DNA of 64,000 bases, taken from NCBI RefSeq assembly GCF_018977255.1, contig NW_024704742.1:33978001-34042000 (forward strand), written 5' to 3'. This DNA comes from Callorhinchus milii. Taxonomy: Eukaryota. This document shows, piece by piece, positions 1 through 12,869 of this stretch. The position numbers were made by a program, and so were the translations under genes. Below the pieces are notes generated by a model. It saw only the letters and a program-made list of their open reading frames with translations, was not told where the DNA came from and ran no database searches. Position 1 is the first letter of the stretch; the number at the start of each line of letters is the position of its first letter.

Positions 1-2
1 GA

Positions 3-90
3 ATAATAATAATCCTTACATTTTATACAGTGTCTTTCATGTTAGGAGGACATTTGAAAACACTTCATAGAATATACTATAAAGTGCAAT
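3..90 (-). mobile_element. SINE 3' fragment (L2-type tail, (TTA)n end)
   Basis: AATAATAATCCTTACATTTTATACAGTGTCTTTCATG...CACTTCATAGAATATACT is the reverse complement of the tail shared by the SINEs in this window. Confidence 0.75.
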
Positions 91-1739
91 TCTCTCCAAA
101 ACTAGCAGCCAAAGTGTTCAAATACCCCATACTGTCCACCTCCTCCCTTCCTCACACAAACTGTATCACATGTTCTCTGCATACAGCAATTCAATCTAAA
201 CTGCCTATTCACCTTCCCCCCATCTTCTCAGTTTGAGGCCATGACCTCTTGACCACAATGATAAGGTATTGGAGTCTAATATCAATTTTGGATCCAGAGG
301 ACTTGAATAAGATCAATCTTCTCTACTCCAGTATAAACCTTCGCAGCTTCTGTGATCTTTCCTTATAGCTAACTCCCATGCATTAATGACCCTTCTAAAT
401 CTTTTTTGCCTATTAAATTTAAATTAATGCTATTTCCTCTACATTATGATCACATTTGATAATTATGGAAGGAACGTGCAAAGCCTTGCATTCCTGAACT
501 TTAAGTTTTAAGTTTTGGGACGTGAAAGATGCTATACCATTGTAATTTTGTTGTTGTTGTTTAAGTTTTACTTAACTCTATGTCTCAGGTGTTGGTAACT
601 TTAAATATCATGCTATACAGCGCATTATCTCAAACATTCCCACTGTTCAACAACAATAGGGATGAATAACATTTATCACAATAAGGGATTGAAGAGGTTT
701 TTAAGAGATGTTTGAAAGCAGAAGTAGATGTTGGAGTATATGTTATGGAAGGATGAGATCAGAAGGGCCTTCTTCAATTTAACTGACCCTGTGTGGTGAG
801 TCAACATAGTTTAGGAAAATACTTGTAAAAAATGTGTGCAGTCAAAAAAGCCTTAATTTGTTTGCAGCCAATTTCAGCTCATTGTAAGCACAGGCAAAAA
901 TAAACTCAGAGGCTTAGTTTTAATCTACGATTTAAATTAATGTCTATGAAGGGCCAATAAGGTCACAATTGTTGCATTTCTTAAAGGAAATTCACAATAA
1001 GGGAGCTGAATTGTGGAAATGAGATGTTCTTTCCAGTAACCAGAGGTATGTCACGCTGGACATAGGAACTCCACTATGATGTCATCTATTTTCAGGGCAG
1101 AGTTCCCGCAGGTCTGTGTAGGAATTCTAATGGGCATCTTTGTTAAGGAATCCATTTAAGAAATATCACCAATTAGACCTCATCCCCTTCTACGCAGAAA
1201 AGGCCGTATCAAAATTAAAATCCGACACAACTGCCTGTTGTGGAAACAAGTCAAGACAGTGACATCAGTCACTTACCGCACTTGGCACAAATTAAATTTC
1301 TTCAAAATATTTCAGGGATTTCAATCTCTTTCACCAGGAAAAAATGAGTTAGCCAGCCAAGGACCACTCATAACCTATTCAAAACATACTCAATCCGATG
1401 AACTCTTCAGCCAGGGTTATTCAGATCCACAGAGACCGGTGGCATGAAGGTTAATTGGCAACCTGTTGAGTTATAAGATCTTGACTGGCCTACATTCATG
1501 TTTACCATACTCTGCTTTATATCAGTTACACTGGTGTCTTAATTGGCCTGTAAATAAGGTTTGTGGTTTAGTATATGTTTCTGGGATGTGTCGGTGAGTC
1601 ATTGTAAATGAATGGACAGTGTCTAGTTCCTTGTTTGCTTGCATTGCAGAACCCAAACATTGCTGCTTTGAAGTAAAGTGCTGACCTTGGTAAAAGTGTG
1701 AAAATGTAACACAAACAAAGCTCTTAGAAAATAGTTTTT

Positions 1740-2025
1740 ATACTTTTTCTGCCCTTAACCCCCTCTTAAGGGTAGTGGCTGTTGCTGAGGAATGGTGCCT
1801 CATCCAGCTCATTTGTCATGTACAATGTCTGGGCTCGAAGTGTTGTCAAGTTATGGGAGGAATTACACATTGCGCTGTGAAAGGAATTACAACTGAGTTT
1901 TATTTGTATACATGACTTACAAAATGGGTTTATTCAAGTGCAGTAACTTCAGGCAAATTCCCTCTTCCTAGCTGAGGTCAATTGTAACACCCCACTGCCA
2001 CCCAGACATTCTCAGCACAGAAAGC
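1740..2025 (-). mobile_element. Old SINE-like repeat (family C), degenerate
   Basis: Loose similarity to 7195-7585 and to the reverse complement of 60840-61000. Confidence 0.4.
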
Positions 2026-2027
2026 AT

Positions 2028-2455
2028 GTCAATCTAACTCAGGTGGTAGTACTCTCGCTTTGAGACAAAAAGTTGTGGGTTCAAGCCCCACATAGGGACT
2101 CGGAACTCATATAAACTATGCTGACACATCAATGCTGTGTTTGGGATATGCCTCATTGTTGGAAGCCATCCTTTGGATGAGATGTTAAACCGAGGTCCCA
2201 TCGTTAAAGATCCAATGCACTTCTCAAAAAGAGAAGTGAGTTTCTCACAGTATTGTGGCCAACAATCCCCAAAATAAAATTAATCATCATTCACTTCACG
2301 GCTAATTATAGGATAGGACACTACTCTGTGCAAATTGCCTGCTGTATTTGTTTACAAAATACAAAGTCACTCCACTTTATAGTAAAATTCTCTGAAATGC
2401 GTTGAGACATTCTCCTGGTGTGAAAGGCTGCTGTATCAAATGTAAGCATTATTAA
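2028..2455 (+). mobile_element. Deu-domain SINE (SacSINE1/AmnSINE1-like), near full length
   Basis: tRNA-like head (CTCAGGTGGTAGTACTCTCGC...GTGGGTTCAAGCCC), Deu core (TTGGAAGCCATCCTTTGGATGAGATGTTAAACCGAGGTCC...AAAGATCC), tail TATCAAATGTAAGCATTATT. Confidence 0.85.
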
Positions 2456-2660
2456 AGAGATCAAACTCTCTAGACCTATAGAAATGCTGGCAGTCATTTC
2501 TTTTTCTCCAACAATTATTAACAAACACAATGTAACTAACTCTACCCTCAGATTGAGGAATGTTTTTGAACAATGAAAACTATGGGAAATTAATCATCAG
2601 TCACTGAGAGGTAGTTTATAGTGATCATTGAAAATAGCAACAGGAGACACAAACATCTCA

Positions 2661-2849
2661 TGGTCTTGACCTTAAGGTCATTGTCCTAAAATCTAAGATT
2701 GTGCAGAATTTGGAAAATTCTTGAATTTTGAAACCGTTTTTCTTTTCACAGTTTCTGAAACTGGCTTCCAACTTGAGCTTGAATTGAAGAATTTTCGTAA
2801 ATTCTGGAAGATCTTAAATTTGAAGATAGTGGTCTTAAGATTAAGACCA
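2661..2849. mobile_element. Palindromic MITE-like element, best-preserved copy of a ~190-bp family
   Basis: Left arm TGGTCTTGACCTTAAGGTCATTGTCCTAAAATCTAAGATT...GAAAATTCTTGAATT matches the reverse complement of the right arm (TGGTCTTAATCTTAAGACCACTATCTTCAAATTTAAGATC...GAAAATTCTTCAATT). Confidence 0.7.
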
Positions 2850-3289
2850 GGTAATTTGGGGCCACTGATGGTTGGCCATTCAGATTGTGAAGACAAACAG
2901 TGTAAGGGTACCATGTTCTGGAGCAGAAGAGCAGGAAGAGTTTGTGCAATGAATGAAGAACAATTTCAAAATACATGTTCTGATTGTTCCAACACATGTT
3001 TCTTTTAAATACCACAGGTACCAATGACTGATTCGCACCCTGAGTTTAAGTTTGGAGGAGTCCACAACAAAATGTCACTGTCTGCACTTGCTCTGATGCA
3101 AAATCATAGGTTGTTAGAAAGTGTGCGTTTAAGTTCTGTGGAATGTTACATAATTTACAACTAGCCCATTAAAATTATGCTTGGACTGTAAAGGTAAAAC
3201 CATCTTCATTTGTCATGCTTTCCAAATATGTAGGTTGTATAAGAAGTTATTCGCCTCGTCTAAAATTTATGTATCTTTGTATCCTGAAA

Positions 3290-3480
3290 GTGGATGCCGA
3301 GTTTGCTCGGAGCAAGCCATTAGTGCCAGTCAGTGCTAGCCTGCCTGACAGATTTACAGCCTGCACTCAAGCTGCCTGTCTAAGATGAAAATGGCAGGTG
3401 CAGCCGGCAACAAACGGATTACTTCATACACGACTGTCACAGGGCAGAAAGGGTCTCACGCTGTATTCACAACACAAGGA
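3290..3480. promoter_or_regulatory. Candidate conserved non-coding element / enhancer
   Basis: No repeat recognised; retains CpGs; TGACAG (3346) followed by ATTTAC, GGATTA (3416), CTGTCA (3434). Confidence 0.35.
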
Positions 3481-4304
3481 AAATGCATTCTGTATTCATT
3501 CCTGATAAGTTCAATGTCTGAGTGATCCTGCACTGCACATATAGGAGATAAAAATTGTTTAGGATTTACAATACAATAGTGCATTGGAACCTACTTTTCT
3601 ATAGCTCCAGGTTGATCAATATAAAAAATAATTAGAATACATTAGTACAATGTTCTACAACATGAACTGGCACCATTGATTGGTGTAGCTATAAAGAACG
3701 CTCCAGTCTGCATTATTTTGAGCTAGGGAAAAAACCTGTGCAGCACGAAATTCAGTCAAATACTTTGATCAGTTTTGGCTTCTTCTTCCAATTCTTTTAA
3801 GACGATGGTGAGTTACTGAGAGCATGGCAACAGGCAAGTGGGTAATGATGTCTCCCACCATAAGCCCCTCCTGATTATTACCCAGGACTGGTCTGGGTGA
3901 CAATTGATAATATATTTCCCATGTTGCTGCCTGACACAATGGAAAGACTCTCTGGTGAAGAGGCTTCTATGATGTCAAGCAATATAATTGAAAGTAAGGC
4001 TATTTACTAACTTTTCTCCCTCTTGAGTTCGGTATTATAGTTGCACTCAATAGACTTTAGTGCTCTTTTATTGCTCCTGATATCAGTGATCAGTGTTAGA
4101 ATATAGCTAAAAATAGGTTACTGACTGAACTCAATTAATAATATGCAAAGCAGCACTCAATGTTGTCTCCAGTGAGGTGGAAGGGGATATTGAGTTCACC
4201 AAGCAGCAATCCAGGTTGTTCCCGAACATTTTACAAAACCTTCGTTGGACACAAAGAATTGTGCTGAAGTCGAGGGTTGAGTGTTTACTCCCATGGATGG
4301 CCTT

Positions 4305-4470
4305 TATAATGATAATAATCCTTGCATTTGATATAGTGCTTTACCATGTTGTCAAAACGTCTCAAAGAGCTTCACAGGATTTACTGTAAAGGGTAGTGAT
4401 TGCATATTTGTAAGTCGATTTGTGCACAGTGGTGTACCACAATCAGTTACATAGATTAATTTTATCTGAA
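4305..4470 (-). mobile_element. SINE 3' half
   Basis: ATAATAATCCTTGCATTTGATATAGTGC...CTTCACAGG...TTTGTGCACAG. Confidence 0.8.
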
Positions 4471-4639
4471 CAATATACATAATATGTAACAATACATAAC
4501 ATATCCAAGTATTTAATAATATGTAACATCTCTTCCACAAAATTAGGCAGCATATCCTTATTTCAATAAAAGGGATTCAAATATTCAATTTTACTGCCCT
4601 GCCATATGCCCATACCCCTTCAAGGTTTCATCTATTATG

Positions 4640-5293
4640 TCCTTCAGTCCTATTCTTTGCATGAGATATTAAACAGAGGTCCTGTCTGCCTGTTCAGGTG
4701 GACATTAAAGATCCCACAGCACTGTTCGAAAAGAGAAGCGAGTTTTTTCTTCCAATGTCCTGGCCAACAATCCCTCAAATAAAGTCCCGTGGAGTGTAGC
4801 TCAGTGGTTAGAGCACTCGCCATGCAAGCAAGACACCTGGGTTCAATTCCAGGCAGGGCGAAACCTTGGGCAAGTTTCCTTACTCCACATGCCTAGCAAT
4901 AATCCTTCCAAAAAAAACAATAATAAATCGGTTGTTTTCAATCCACGACTGTTTGTGGACACTGCTGTGTGCAATTGGCTGCTGCGGTTCGCCCACAAAT
5001 ATGCGGTTAATTCACTTTACAGTATATTCTGTGAAGTGCTTTGAGACGTCTAAAAGACGTGAAAAGCGTTATATTAAATGCAAGGATTATTATTATTATT
5101 GTATTATTATATTATATATTATAAAATTAGTCACTTACTCTGTGTCTGTTTGTGGGACATTGTTGTGAGCAAACTGGCTGCCACATTTCGCCCACAAAAT
5201 ACACAGTCAATACACTTTAGAGTGTATCCTGTGAAGTGCTTTGAGACAATTTGATAAGGCGCTATATCAACTACAAAAATTATTAGTATTATT
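4640..5293 (+). mobile_element. Deu-domain SINE split by a younger SINE (host parts ~4640-4783 and ~5121-5293)
   Basis: Deu core GAGATATTAAACAGAGGTCCTGTCTGCCTGTTCAGGTGGACATTAAAGATCCC ends at AATCCCTCAAATAAA and resumes as ATAAAATTAGTCACT...GTTTGTGGGACATTG after the insert. Confidence 0.85.
4790..5120 (+). mobile_element. Young tRNA-Ala-headed SINE (short variant), full length
   Basis: A box TAGCTCAGTGG, anticodon arm CTCGC-CATGCAA-GCAAG, B box GGTTCAATTCC, CCTTGGGCAAGTTTCC, tail GCGTTATATTAAATGCAAGGA(TTA)n. Confidence 0.9.
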
Positions 5294-6493
5294 ACCAGAA
5301 AAGTTACTTCTGCCAAAGTGAATGGCGAATCTCTCAGGGATGACCCTTGCCTTCTGCTTTTATGCTTGTAATAGTCCAAAGTTAGACGAGAAGTGATATC
5401 CATTGCAATTATTGTGATTATTGACTTCTGTGAAGGAAGCAGACTCTGAAATTCTCATTATCAAGTACCAACAAAATATCCAAAGCTAACTTCAACATAC
5501 AAGGTGATTATGCCTAGAGTGAATGTGTGTAAGGCATTGTTAAATGGAAAATAAAGAACTAGGTGAAATCGATAGAGAATTAGTATTGTGTTGAATCTTG
5601 TAGTTGTTGTTGGAGATTTCGAAAAAGGTTAATTTTTAAAATTATTTTTCCAAAGGATCGTCTTCAAACTTTGCTGCATACTTGTCAAAAATGATTTGCA
5701 ACCTAATGTGGCTGTTACCTAAAGCATTTCTGGATCATATGACTGGTTAGATCTTAGCTATTTATGAAGTGTGAGTGCAATATTTGAGCAGTAACCAACA
5801 TTCACTGAAAGTAGTCGGTCTGTGGAGAATGAGGCACTCTCTGATGATATCCATGTGTGCCGGTGCAACATTATTCACATCAGCCATCATTTCACAGATG
5901 CGTAATCCATTCCTCGTAGAACTGAAGAGCAAGAGATGAATTACACTTGTACATCAGTGCCGAAACCCTTACCGTAGATATATAATGCATGAATCATGTA
6001 ATCCATGCCAGACCAAGTCTGTGGAACCCCAATTGCTCTTCCCGCCCAGCTCAAAATCAGTAAGAGATAGGATGGAGGGTCGGACATGATTACAGAAGAG
6101 GATCAGCTAATGGATAACAGAGATGTGTGGCGCCACGCAGTTCATCCTATCCCAACCAGATATCCGGTGATATAAGGTGAAGGGTCCTGAAAATATATCC
6201 AATTAGTCTGCTTATTTTTTAAGACAATCCAAACCATGCATAGACTTTCAGAATATGAACCTAAAGTTATTTAGAAACATTTTCAAATCCGAAACAGACT
6301 TGCTCCATTTCATTGAATTTTTATTCCAACTAATTTCTTAAAGGACAGACAAAAAGAGTTTAATTGTTAAAGGTTTTCTTTACCTGGTACAACTGAAAAA
6401 CAAACAATTGGAGCATTATTTGACATACCTTACCCCTCCCTCACCTATCATACTGAGCATTAACATACACAACTGTGAATAAAGCTATCAATA

Positions 6494-6813
6494 TAATAAT
6501 AATAATAATAATCCTTGCATTTGATATAGCGCTTTTCACGTCGGGAGGACGTCCCAAAGCGCTTCACAGAAGACACTGTAAAGTGAATTGACTGCATATT
6601 TGTGGGCGAACGCGGCAGCCAATTGCGCACAGCAATGTCCCACAAACAGTCGTAGATTGAAAATGACCAATTTATTATTGTTTTTGGTTTTGGAGGGATT
6701 ATTATTAGGCGTGTGGAGTAAGGAAACTTGCCCAAGGTTTCGCCCTGCCTGGAATTGAACTCGGGTCTCTTGCTTGCAAAGCGAGTGCTCTAACCACTGA
6801 GCTACAGGACTCC
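6494..6813 (-). mobile_element. Young tRNA-Ala-headed SINE (short variant), full length, with 31-bp TSD
   Basis: CpG-rich complete copy flanked by the exact direct repeat ACATACACAACTGTGAATAAAGCTATCAATA at 6463-6493 and 6814-6844. Confidence 0.95.
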
Positions 6814-6894
6814 ACATACACAACTGTGAATAAAGCTATCAATAGCCTATCCCGCCCCTTCTCCCACAAAGAAACCTTGTTAAATCCTACCGGA

Positions 6895-7185
6895 TAATGA
6901 TAAGACTGGCATTTGTTATAGCACCTTTCACGCAGGAGGATGTCTTAAATCACTTCACAATAAATACTGTAAACCAGACTGGAGCACTGTTGGCCAGGGC
7001 ACTGGACAACTCCTGATATCTTTTACATCCATCAGAACAACAGGCCGTGGGATTGCAACTTAACCTCTTCACCAAAGAATGGCACTTCCTACAATGCAGC
7101 CTTTCTCCCAGTGCTGCATAAAGTCATTGATTCTAAGCTCAGACCCCAACGTGCTTGAACCCACAAACTTCTGATCTGGAGGCTG
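6895..7185 (-). mobile_element. Deu-domain SINE, internally deleted
   Basis: Reverse-complement tail (GCATTTGTTATAGCACCTTTCACG), Deu remnants (TTGGCCAGGGCAC, ATCTTTTACATCCA), head TTGAACCCACAAACTTCTGA. Confidence 0.7.
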
Positions 7186-7194
7186 CCATGGGTT

Positions 7195-7585
7195 CTCTCT
7201 CTTCCACTCCTTCTGGAAGATGCTTGCCTCATTTTTCCCTTGATTGGTGTATATTTCAATCACTCTCAGGCACCTTGCCCAAGTAGCTATTATTCATGTG
7301 TGCTTCTTGACAGATAGTGTCATCAGATTATTTGATGAGAGGAGGAGGGAGGTCACTGCAGCCAAACCTGGTACTGTTTTTGTCTGATTCCCACATGTAT
7401 TCAATTATCAGCAGGATTCTCTGGATGCGATGAGGAGACAGAATCCTACCTGACCTGGGGTTCTGAGTCAAATTGTCATCATCCCCAGTGTTACCCTGAC
7501 TGAGATTAGCTAATCCATTGCAGGCAAGCAATTTCACCAGGTTGCTTCCTGATCAGCATGGTTCAATTTATATACTCAGAGAGCC
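7195..7585 (-). mobile_element. Old SINE-like repeat (family C)
   Basis: Reverse strand begins with a degenerate tRNA-like head (CTCTGAGTATATAAATTGAACCATGCTGATCAGGAAG) then TTAGCTAATCTCAGTCAGGG; related segments at 43617-43712 and 60840-61000. Confidence 0.5.
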
Positions 7586-8429
7586 AAGAGACACTTTAAT
7601 ATCTGTATTGTCTAATCCAACAAGTGATACCAATTACAATGCGGTTTCTCTCCAGTGCCTACCAAAGAGGCCTTATTTGTGAATGAGTCTTGAGAATTAG
7701 TGTCAGCATACTAGTCGCCTATTAAATGGCAATTGTATATGTTGTGGAATTATATAATAACTGACTCAGAATGAAGTTCTCTTATTAACTATCATTCAAA
7801 CTTCACCTTCCCAAATTCAGACTTGAAACTCACTCTTCATAATCTCTTGTGTATTTAGTGAGAATTAGAATAACATTAATGAGATTTTTAGTGCTATTTT
7901 GTTTGAATAAATAAATGCCTAAGTGAATTGGGAAGAAGGCTGGAGTGGATTAGAAGTTATACTCTGAGGTTTTGGAATACAGCCCAAGCAGTCTAACAAA
8001 GAGAGATACTCTAGAGCTGTCCCAGTTCCAACACATTCTCCATGGTGCTTTGCAACATAAGATATTTTTCCATTTGGAAATTACACTACAATCTGTGTGG
8101 TTGTTTCAGTCATAGCAATGAGAGCTTCTTCAGGGACTGAAGTCCATAGTTGGTTCGGCTGTGGACCTGTGAATTATGTCTGACAGATGTTCCTGATGTT
8201 TAATTTCACCAGATCATAGTGAACATACAATTTAGTATTCCCACATTGGAAGCACCATTCAGAGAATAATATTAATAATCTTGCATTTGATATAGGGCCT
8301 CGTCACATCAAGACGTCTCAAAGCACTTCATAGAGTTTTCGATAAAGTATGGTGACTATTATTTGTAGGTGAATATGACACCCATGGTTGAAAACCCTGC
8401 TAATAGCAAAATAGAATGACTGAGACAGG

Positions 8430-9110
8430 ACTTGTATACCCCACCACCCATTCCGTCATTATGGATGGGCATGAGGTACATTAGATTTTCCTAAGGTACA
8501 AGTGATCACAATATTGGACTGTAGGATAATGGAATTACTGAGGAACATATAACAAAACACTACCTAACAATACAATAATATGATTGACTGCCCGGTGCAG
8601 AGGAAGGTATTAAAGGGTCAATTACCATCACAGAATGCGCATATTATTAGCAAGGGGCACAATAAAACTAATATGAATTAAGGCCTTTATGTGCACCATG
8701 TCCTTTAGAAAGTATAGATGTGATGAATGTTTCCATAATAATGCACAGTAACATGATATTGAGCAAAACGCTCAGGCACAAGTTCAAATTATTATTTGAA
8801 ACATTACTAATAATGGTGGAGGCCATAATGGGGAAGATTACTTCAAGGATTGTTACAGTTTGAGAAGTCTCAGATGGTTTGGGGCGAGAGATAAGTTTTT
8901 CAACAGAAAAAGAATAACAGGTCGGGAGGATGTTTCAAAGCCCTTCATGAAAGGAGTCATTGTCCAGAATAAAATTGATAAGTTAGCTGAAGGTAAAATA
9001 AAGTATGAATAAATTGCATGGTTAGGCAATAATTGGACATCTCAAAGCTACAAAGTACCCAGACCACAATAGTCAAGGGTTGTAAGTTTAGAGAATTGCA
9101 AATTGATTAT
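8430..9110 (+). mobile_element. Highly decayed CR1 LINE ORF2 (end of endonuclease and linker)
   Basis: GGTACAAGTGATCACAATAT reads GTSDHN (APE endonuclease SDH motif); later HLKATKVPRP resembles LKxxKSPGPD. Confidence 0.5.
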
Positions 9111-9571
9111 AACAAGTGAATACTACATATACCTGGATGCATGAGGGATCAACCCACTGGTACTCCAATTCAATGCCAATCTCTTTCCTTTGTACCAAGG
9201 ATCTCCTTTGGCCACAATACCGAAGTCAGAACTGAGACTGGTTTTGAAGCAGGTCTGATGGGCCAGCCTCTGAGAATTTCTGACATGTCCAGGATTCACT
9301 GATTACAAATCAATCTGCAACTCTCAAATTAGATGCCAAATATTTTTTTAAGTGTGGGCAAGAAAATTATCAGAATTAATAGCGCTCTGAGACTTTATCC
9401 TACCTGAAGGGTGCTATATATATATATGCAGGTTGTTGTAATAATTCAAAAGTTTTTCAAAATAAAATCATTTCTATTTTCTACCCAATGAAGTTGAACA
9501 ATTTATTGCAGCACATTACCATAACACTAAAATCCATGTACATGTTTGTCTGATATTTAAAGGATTTTTAA

Positions 9572-10190
9572 AACAACAACAAAATGACATTTCTTTAGAG
9601 CCTTTCCCATTGGGAGGACGTCCCAAGGCGTTGGAAAGACAAAGTTTCGGACCCGAGCTGGGGGTCGGGGATGATGGAGGGCAGCGGGGGGAGCAGGGAG
9701 ATCGAAAGCACGGTCGAAGAGGAGGGGCTAGAGAAGGGACTTGAAGGTGGCCAGGGAGGGGGTGAGGCGGAGGGCTTGCGGGATGGAGTTCCAGAGGGTG
9801 GGGGCAGAGTGGCAGAAGGCCCGCCCACCAATAGTGGGGAGAGCGAGGCGGGGGACGTGAAGTAGGCTGGAGCCCGCTGAGCAGAGGGAGCGAGCAGGAT
9901 GGTAGGGGGTTAGGAGGTCACAGAGGTAGGGGTGAGCAAGACCATGTAGGGCTTTGAAGGTGAGGACCAGGATCTTGAACTGTATCATCTGTGTGATGGG
10001 AAGCCCGTGAAGTCGGGCGAGGATGGGGGTGATAGGGTCATGGAGCCTGGTGTGGGAGAGGACGCGGGCTTCAGAGTTCTGGAGGGAGGAGTTGGGGAGG
10101 CTGACAAGCAGTGAGTTTGTAATAGTCGAGCCTCGATGTAATGAAAGCATGTATGAGGGTTTCGGCAGCCTGCGTTGTGAGACAGTGGCA
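9572..10190 (-). mobile_element. L2 LINE 3' end (ORF2 C-terminus plus 3' UTR)
   Basis: ORF 9728-10150: PITPILARLHGLPITQMIQFKILVLTFKALHGLAHPYLCDLL...GGRAFCHSAPTLWNSIP...FKSLL; tail GGGACGTCCTCCC...(TTG)n. Confidence 0.92.
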
Positions 10191-10879
10191 GAGCCACATC
10201 ACATCCTTTTCTGCTAATTTTTTTCTTGGTTCTCATTTCATAATCTGAAGTCCTGTCTCTCAATTTTCAAAATCCCAGTTGCTTGCAGTTCATGCATTGT
10301 CTGAAGTAAAGGCGATATCTTTGCTAGTTTTTGCTCTGTCAAAATCATGCTAACAATGAATTATATTGCTTCACCCTTGACTGGATTCAGATCCTTTATG
10401 TGGACTATGCATTTGTATCATAAAAGGCAATTGAATTGTTTTACACCCTGTGAATTTCTGTCATTTAGCCATCAAAAGAACTCAAAACAAATACATTTGT
10501 ACGGCATCAACAGAACAGCTTGAAAGACAGACATAGAAATTATACAGGCCTTGTGCTGGACTCATCAGCTGATAAGAGCAGCTCTTGGGATTACCAAACC
10601 TGTCAAATGGTTCTCTCTGAAGTGCTTGTTTGTTTATAATAAGAACCTCATTCATCTTCGGGGAGTGCAAGCAATGGAAATCTCTAACACAAACTGTGGC
10701 ACAATGTCTACCTGTAATTACACTGTAGGGAAAGCAGTTGAAAGGCATACCTGATGAATGATCTCAAATCTCAAATCTCATTGAGATTGTCTCATTGTCA
10801 ACTGGAATGAAGACACAGAGCAAAATGATGAGTTTCATTAATCCTCAGTTTGAGAGTCTGACCACTGGTGTATGTGCCT

Positions 10880-11030
10880 CCCTCCCCACAATGACATGAT
10901 TCGCCTGCATTTGCAAGAAAATACAGTCACTTTATTTAACAATACACTTTATGGTAAATCCTGTGAAGCACTTTGAAACAACATGCTAATGTAAAAAGCT
11001 GTATATCAAATGCAAGGATTATTATTCTTA
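10880..11030 (+). mobile_element. SINE 3' fragment
   Basis: CCTGTGAAGCACTTTGAAAC...TATATCAAATGCAAGGATTATTATT. Confidence 0.75.
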
Positions 11031-12869
11031 TACTGACTGTGTGTTTTCGAGGAAATTTCTTATAATCTTACAGCAGCCAGATTGTTAGAAGGTACTGTCT
11101 GTACATGCTCCACTGTCAGTTCCTAGTGTTTAGTATAGGTGGAATGAAATAAAGTATTTTGTGTTAAAAGTAGAGGAACATATCTTGAAAATCCCTCCTC
11201 CCAGTTCAGCTGCCAAGCCAACATTGTTAAACGCCTTGGGACGTCCTCCCGACATGAAAAACACAATGTAAATTTGTCTTGTAATGTATTGAAAAACAGA
11301 CATGAGTATCTATATTTTAATTTGAATGCTTAAAAGATACATAACTGGTCACACCAGTCATTTGTTTGCCCACTGTGACTAGTACAATACCTAGAATAAG
11401 GACATAAAAAGAGGAACATACTTGTTTGAATCTGTGCTAGTTTAAGCTTTACTCTTTGCTGCTCACCTCTCAAATGGACTAGACAGTGACATTTGTTGAT
11501 CCACCTGCACAAAACACCATTGTTTTTCCCCTAAATAATTTTAAGATGCCACTTTTTATTTTCCACTTTCACAATGCTTCACTCCTTGATAAAGCAATCA
11601 AAGCAATAACAGTCATGGATTAACCCATGAATTTAAACATTAATGAGGAAGAAATTAGTGCAAAATGAAACAGAGAAGAAATTTAAGTCCTGCTCCCCTG
11701 CTCCCCCCACTCCATCATAAAATCCTCTGTAGATTTGGATAAAACACCTTGAGGGCGTGAGAAAAGCCATGCCTGCATTGCAAATAAAGTTCATTCAAAA
11801 CAGGCAAAGCTCAATAGAAGCTTTACCATCTTTATTATTTTGTAATGGGACCTTCTCTGGTTGGAGAGTTTCCAGAACAGTTTGTCTGGAGACTGCCATA
11901 TTTGAAGTGGCATCGACACTGTGAACCACAGCACAAACCTTTGTAGAATAATTTTTAGTCTTTCAATTTGGGGGATCGTGTCTTAAAAAAAGCAATAATT
12001 TTTTCACACACTCATGTAGTATCTTTGGTGGAATTTAGATGAAGTGTCTTCTAAACTGCCTTATCAGGTGTCAATATGCCTATAAACCTATTCAAAACTA
12101 AAGAAAAGCACATTTGATCTATGGACACAATGGTTTATTGTTGAAAAAAGTCACTCAAGATTTTTTTTGGGGGGAAGGTGGTTGCTGACACATGCGGAAA
12201 CACATCACTATGATTAAGAGCATGTAAATGAGTCTGAGGAGCTCAAGAAACGTAGCATACTAATGGAATGGTTAAAGAGCCAGAACAAACAGAACAGCAC
12301 AATCTCTGTGGGTGGCCTTCCAGCACACTGACCTAAAGACATGTGTCAGGGAATTAATGATATCTTGTTCCATGTCACTTTAAGCAATGCGGGCACTGAA
12401 GGTTACTGAGAGAATTGTCAGGTCTCACCATGTCAAGCAGCTCAACCATTCCTTCAAGCCTGTGGAAAAAAAAGGAAAGGTTCCAAGAACTATTAGACAG
12501 TGGATTTTGTAGCCTTAAATGTGCTGAAGCAGACCATGGATGAGGACGTGCTGAAAGCAATATCGTATCAAGCAAAATCATTTTACTGTTCATTAGGGCT
12601 CTCTACCCCTACACTTTTCACACTGCAGCTTGCCATGCAGTGGATTGCGTGTAAGGGATTAGCTGATATATTCCATTATTATCTAATTGAATTTTGTTTA
12701 AAAAAATGTTTTGTCTGCTTCAAAATCATATTAATTTGGGGGAATAGACTATTTTCATTTTTCTTAATTGCCATTCAGGGTGAGGTGCTGCTTGGGTTAC
12801 GTGCTGAATAAAAGCTTCTTTGGGTCACACAAAATGTCGCAGATTGTCAATTTGAGTTTCAGGTTGAGT

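Noticed and set aside
2672..2838. TTAA target-site duplication suggesting Kolobok or piggyBac
   Set aside because: The inverted repeat continues about 11 bp beyond both TTAA motifs, so they are internal to the arms.
4795..4855. tRNA-Ala gene (also at ~6750-6813, 40729-40790, 50925-50985)
   Set aside because: No complete acceptor stem or terminator, and each runs into SINE body; these are SINE heads.
5800..6187. Pair of minus-strand exon-like segments with splice signals
   Set aside because: Stops in all frames of the larger segment and an implied intron of only ~50 nt; a non-coding exon cannot be excluded.
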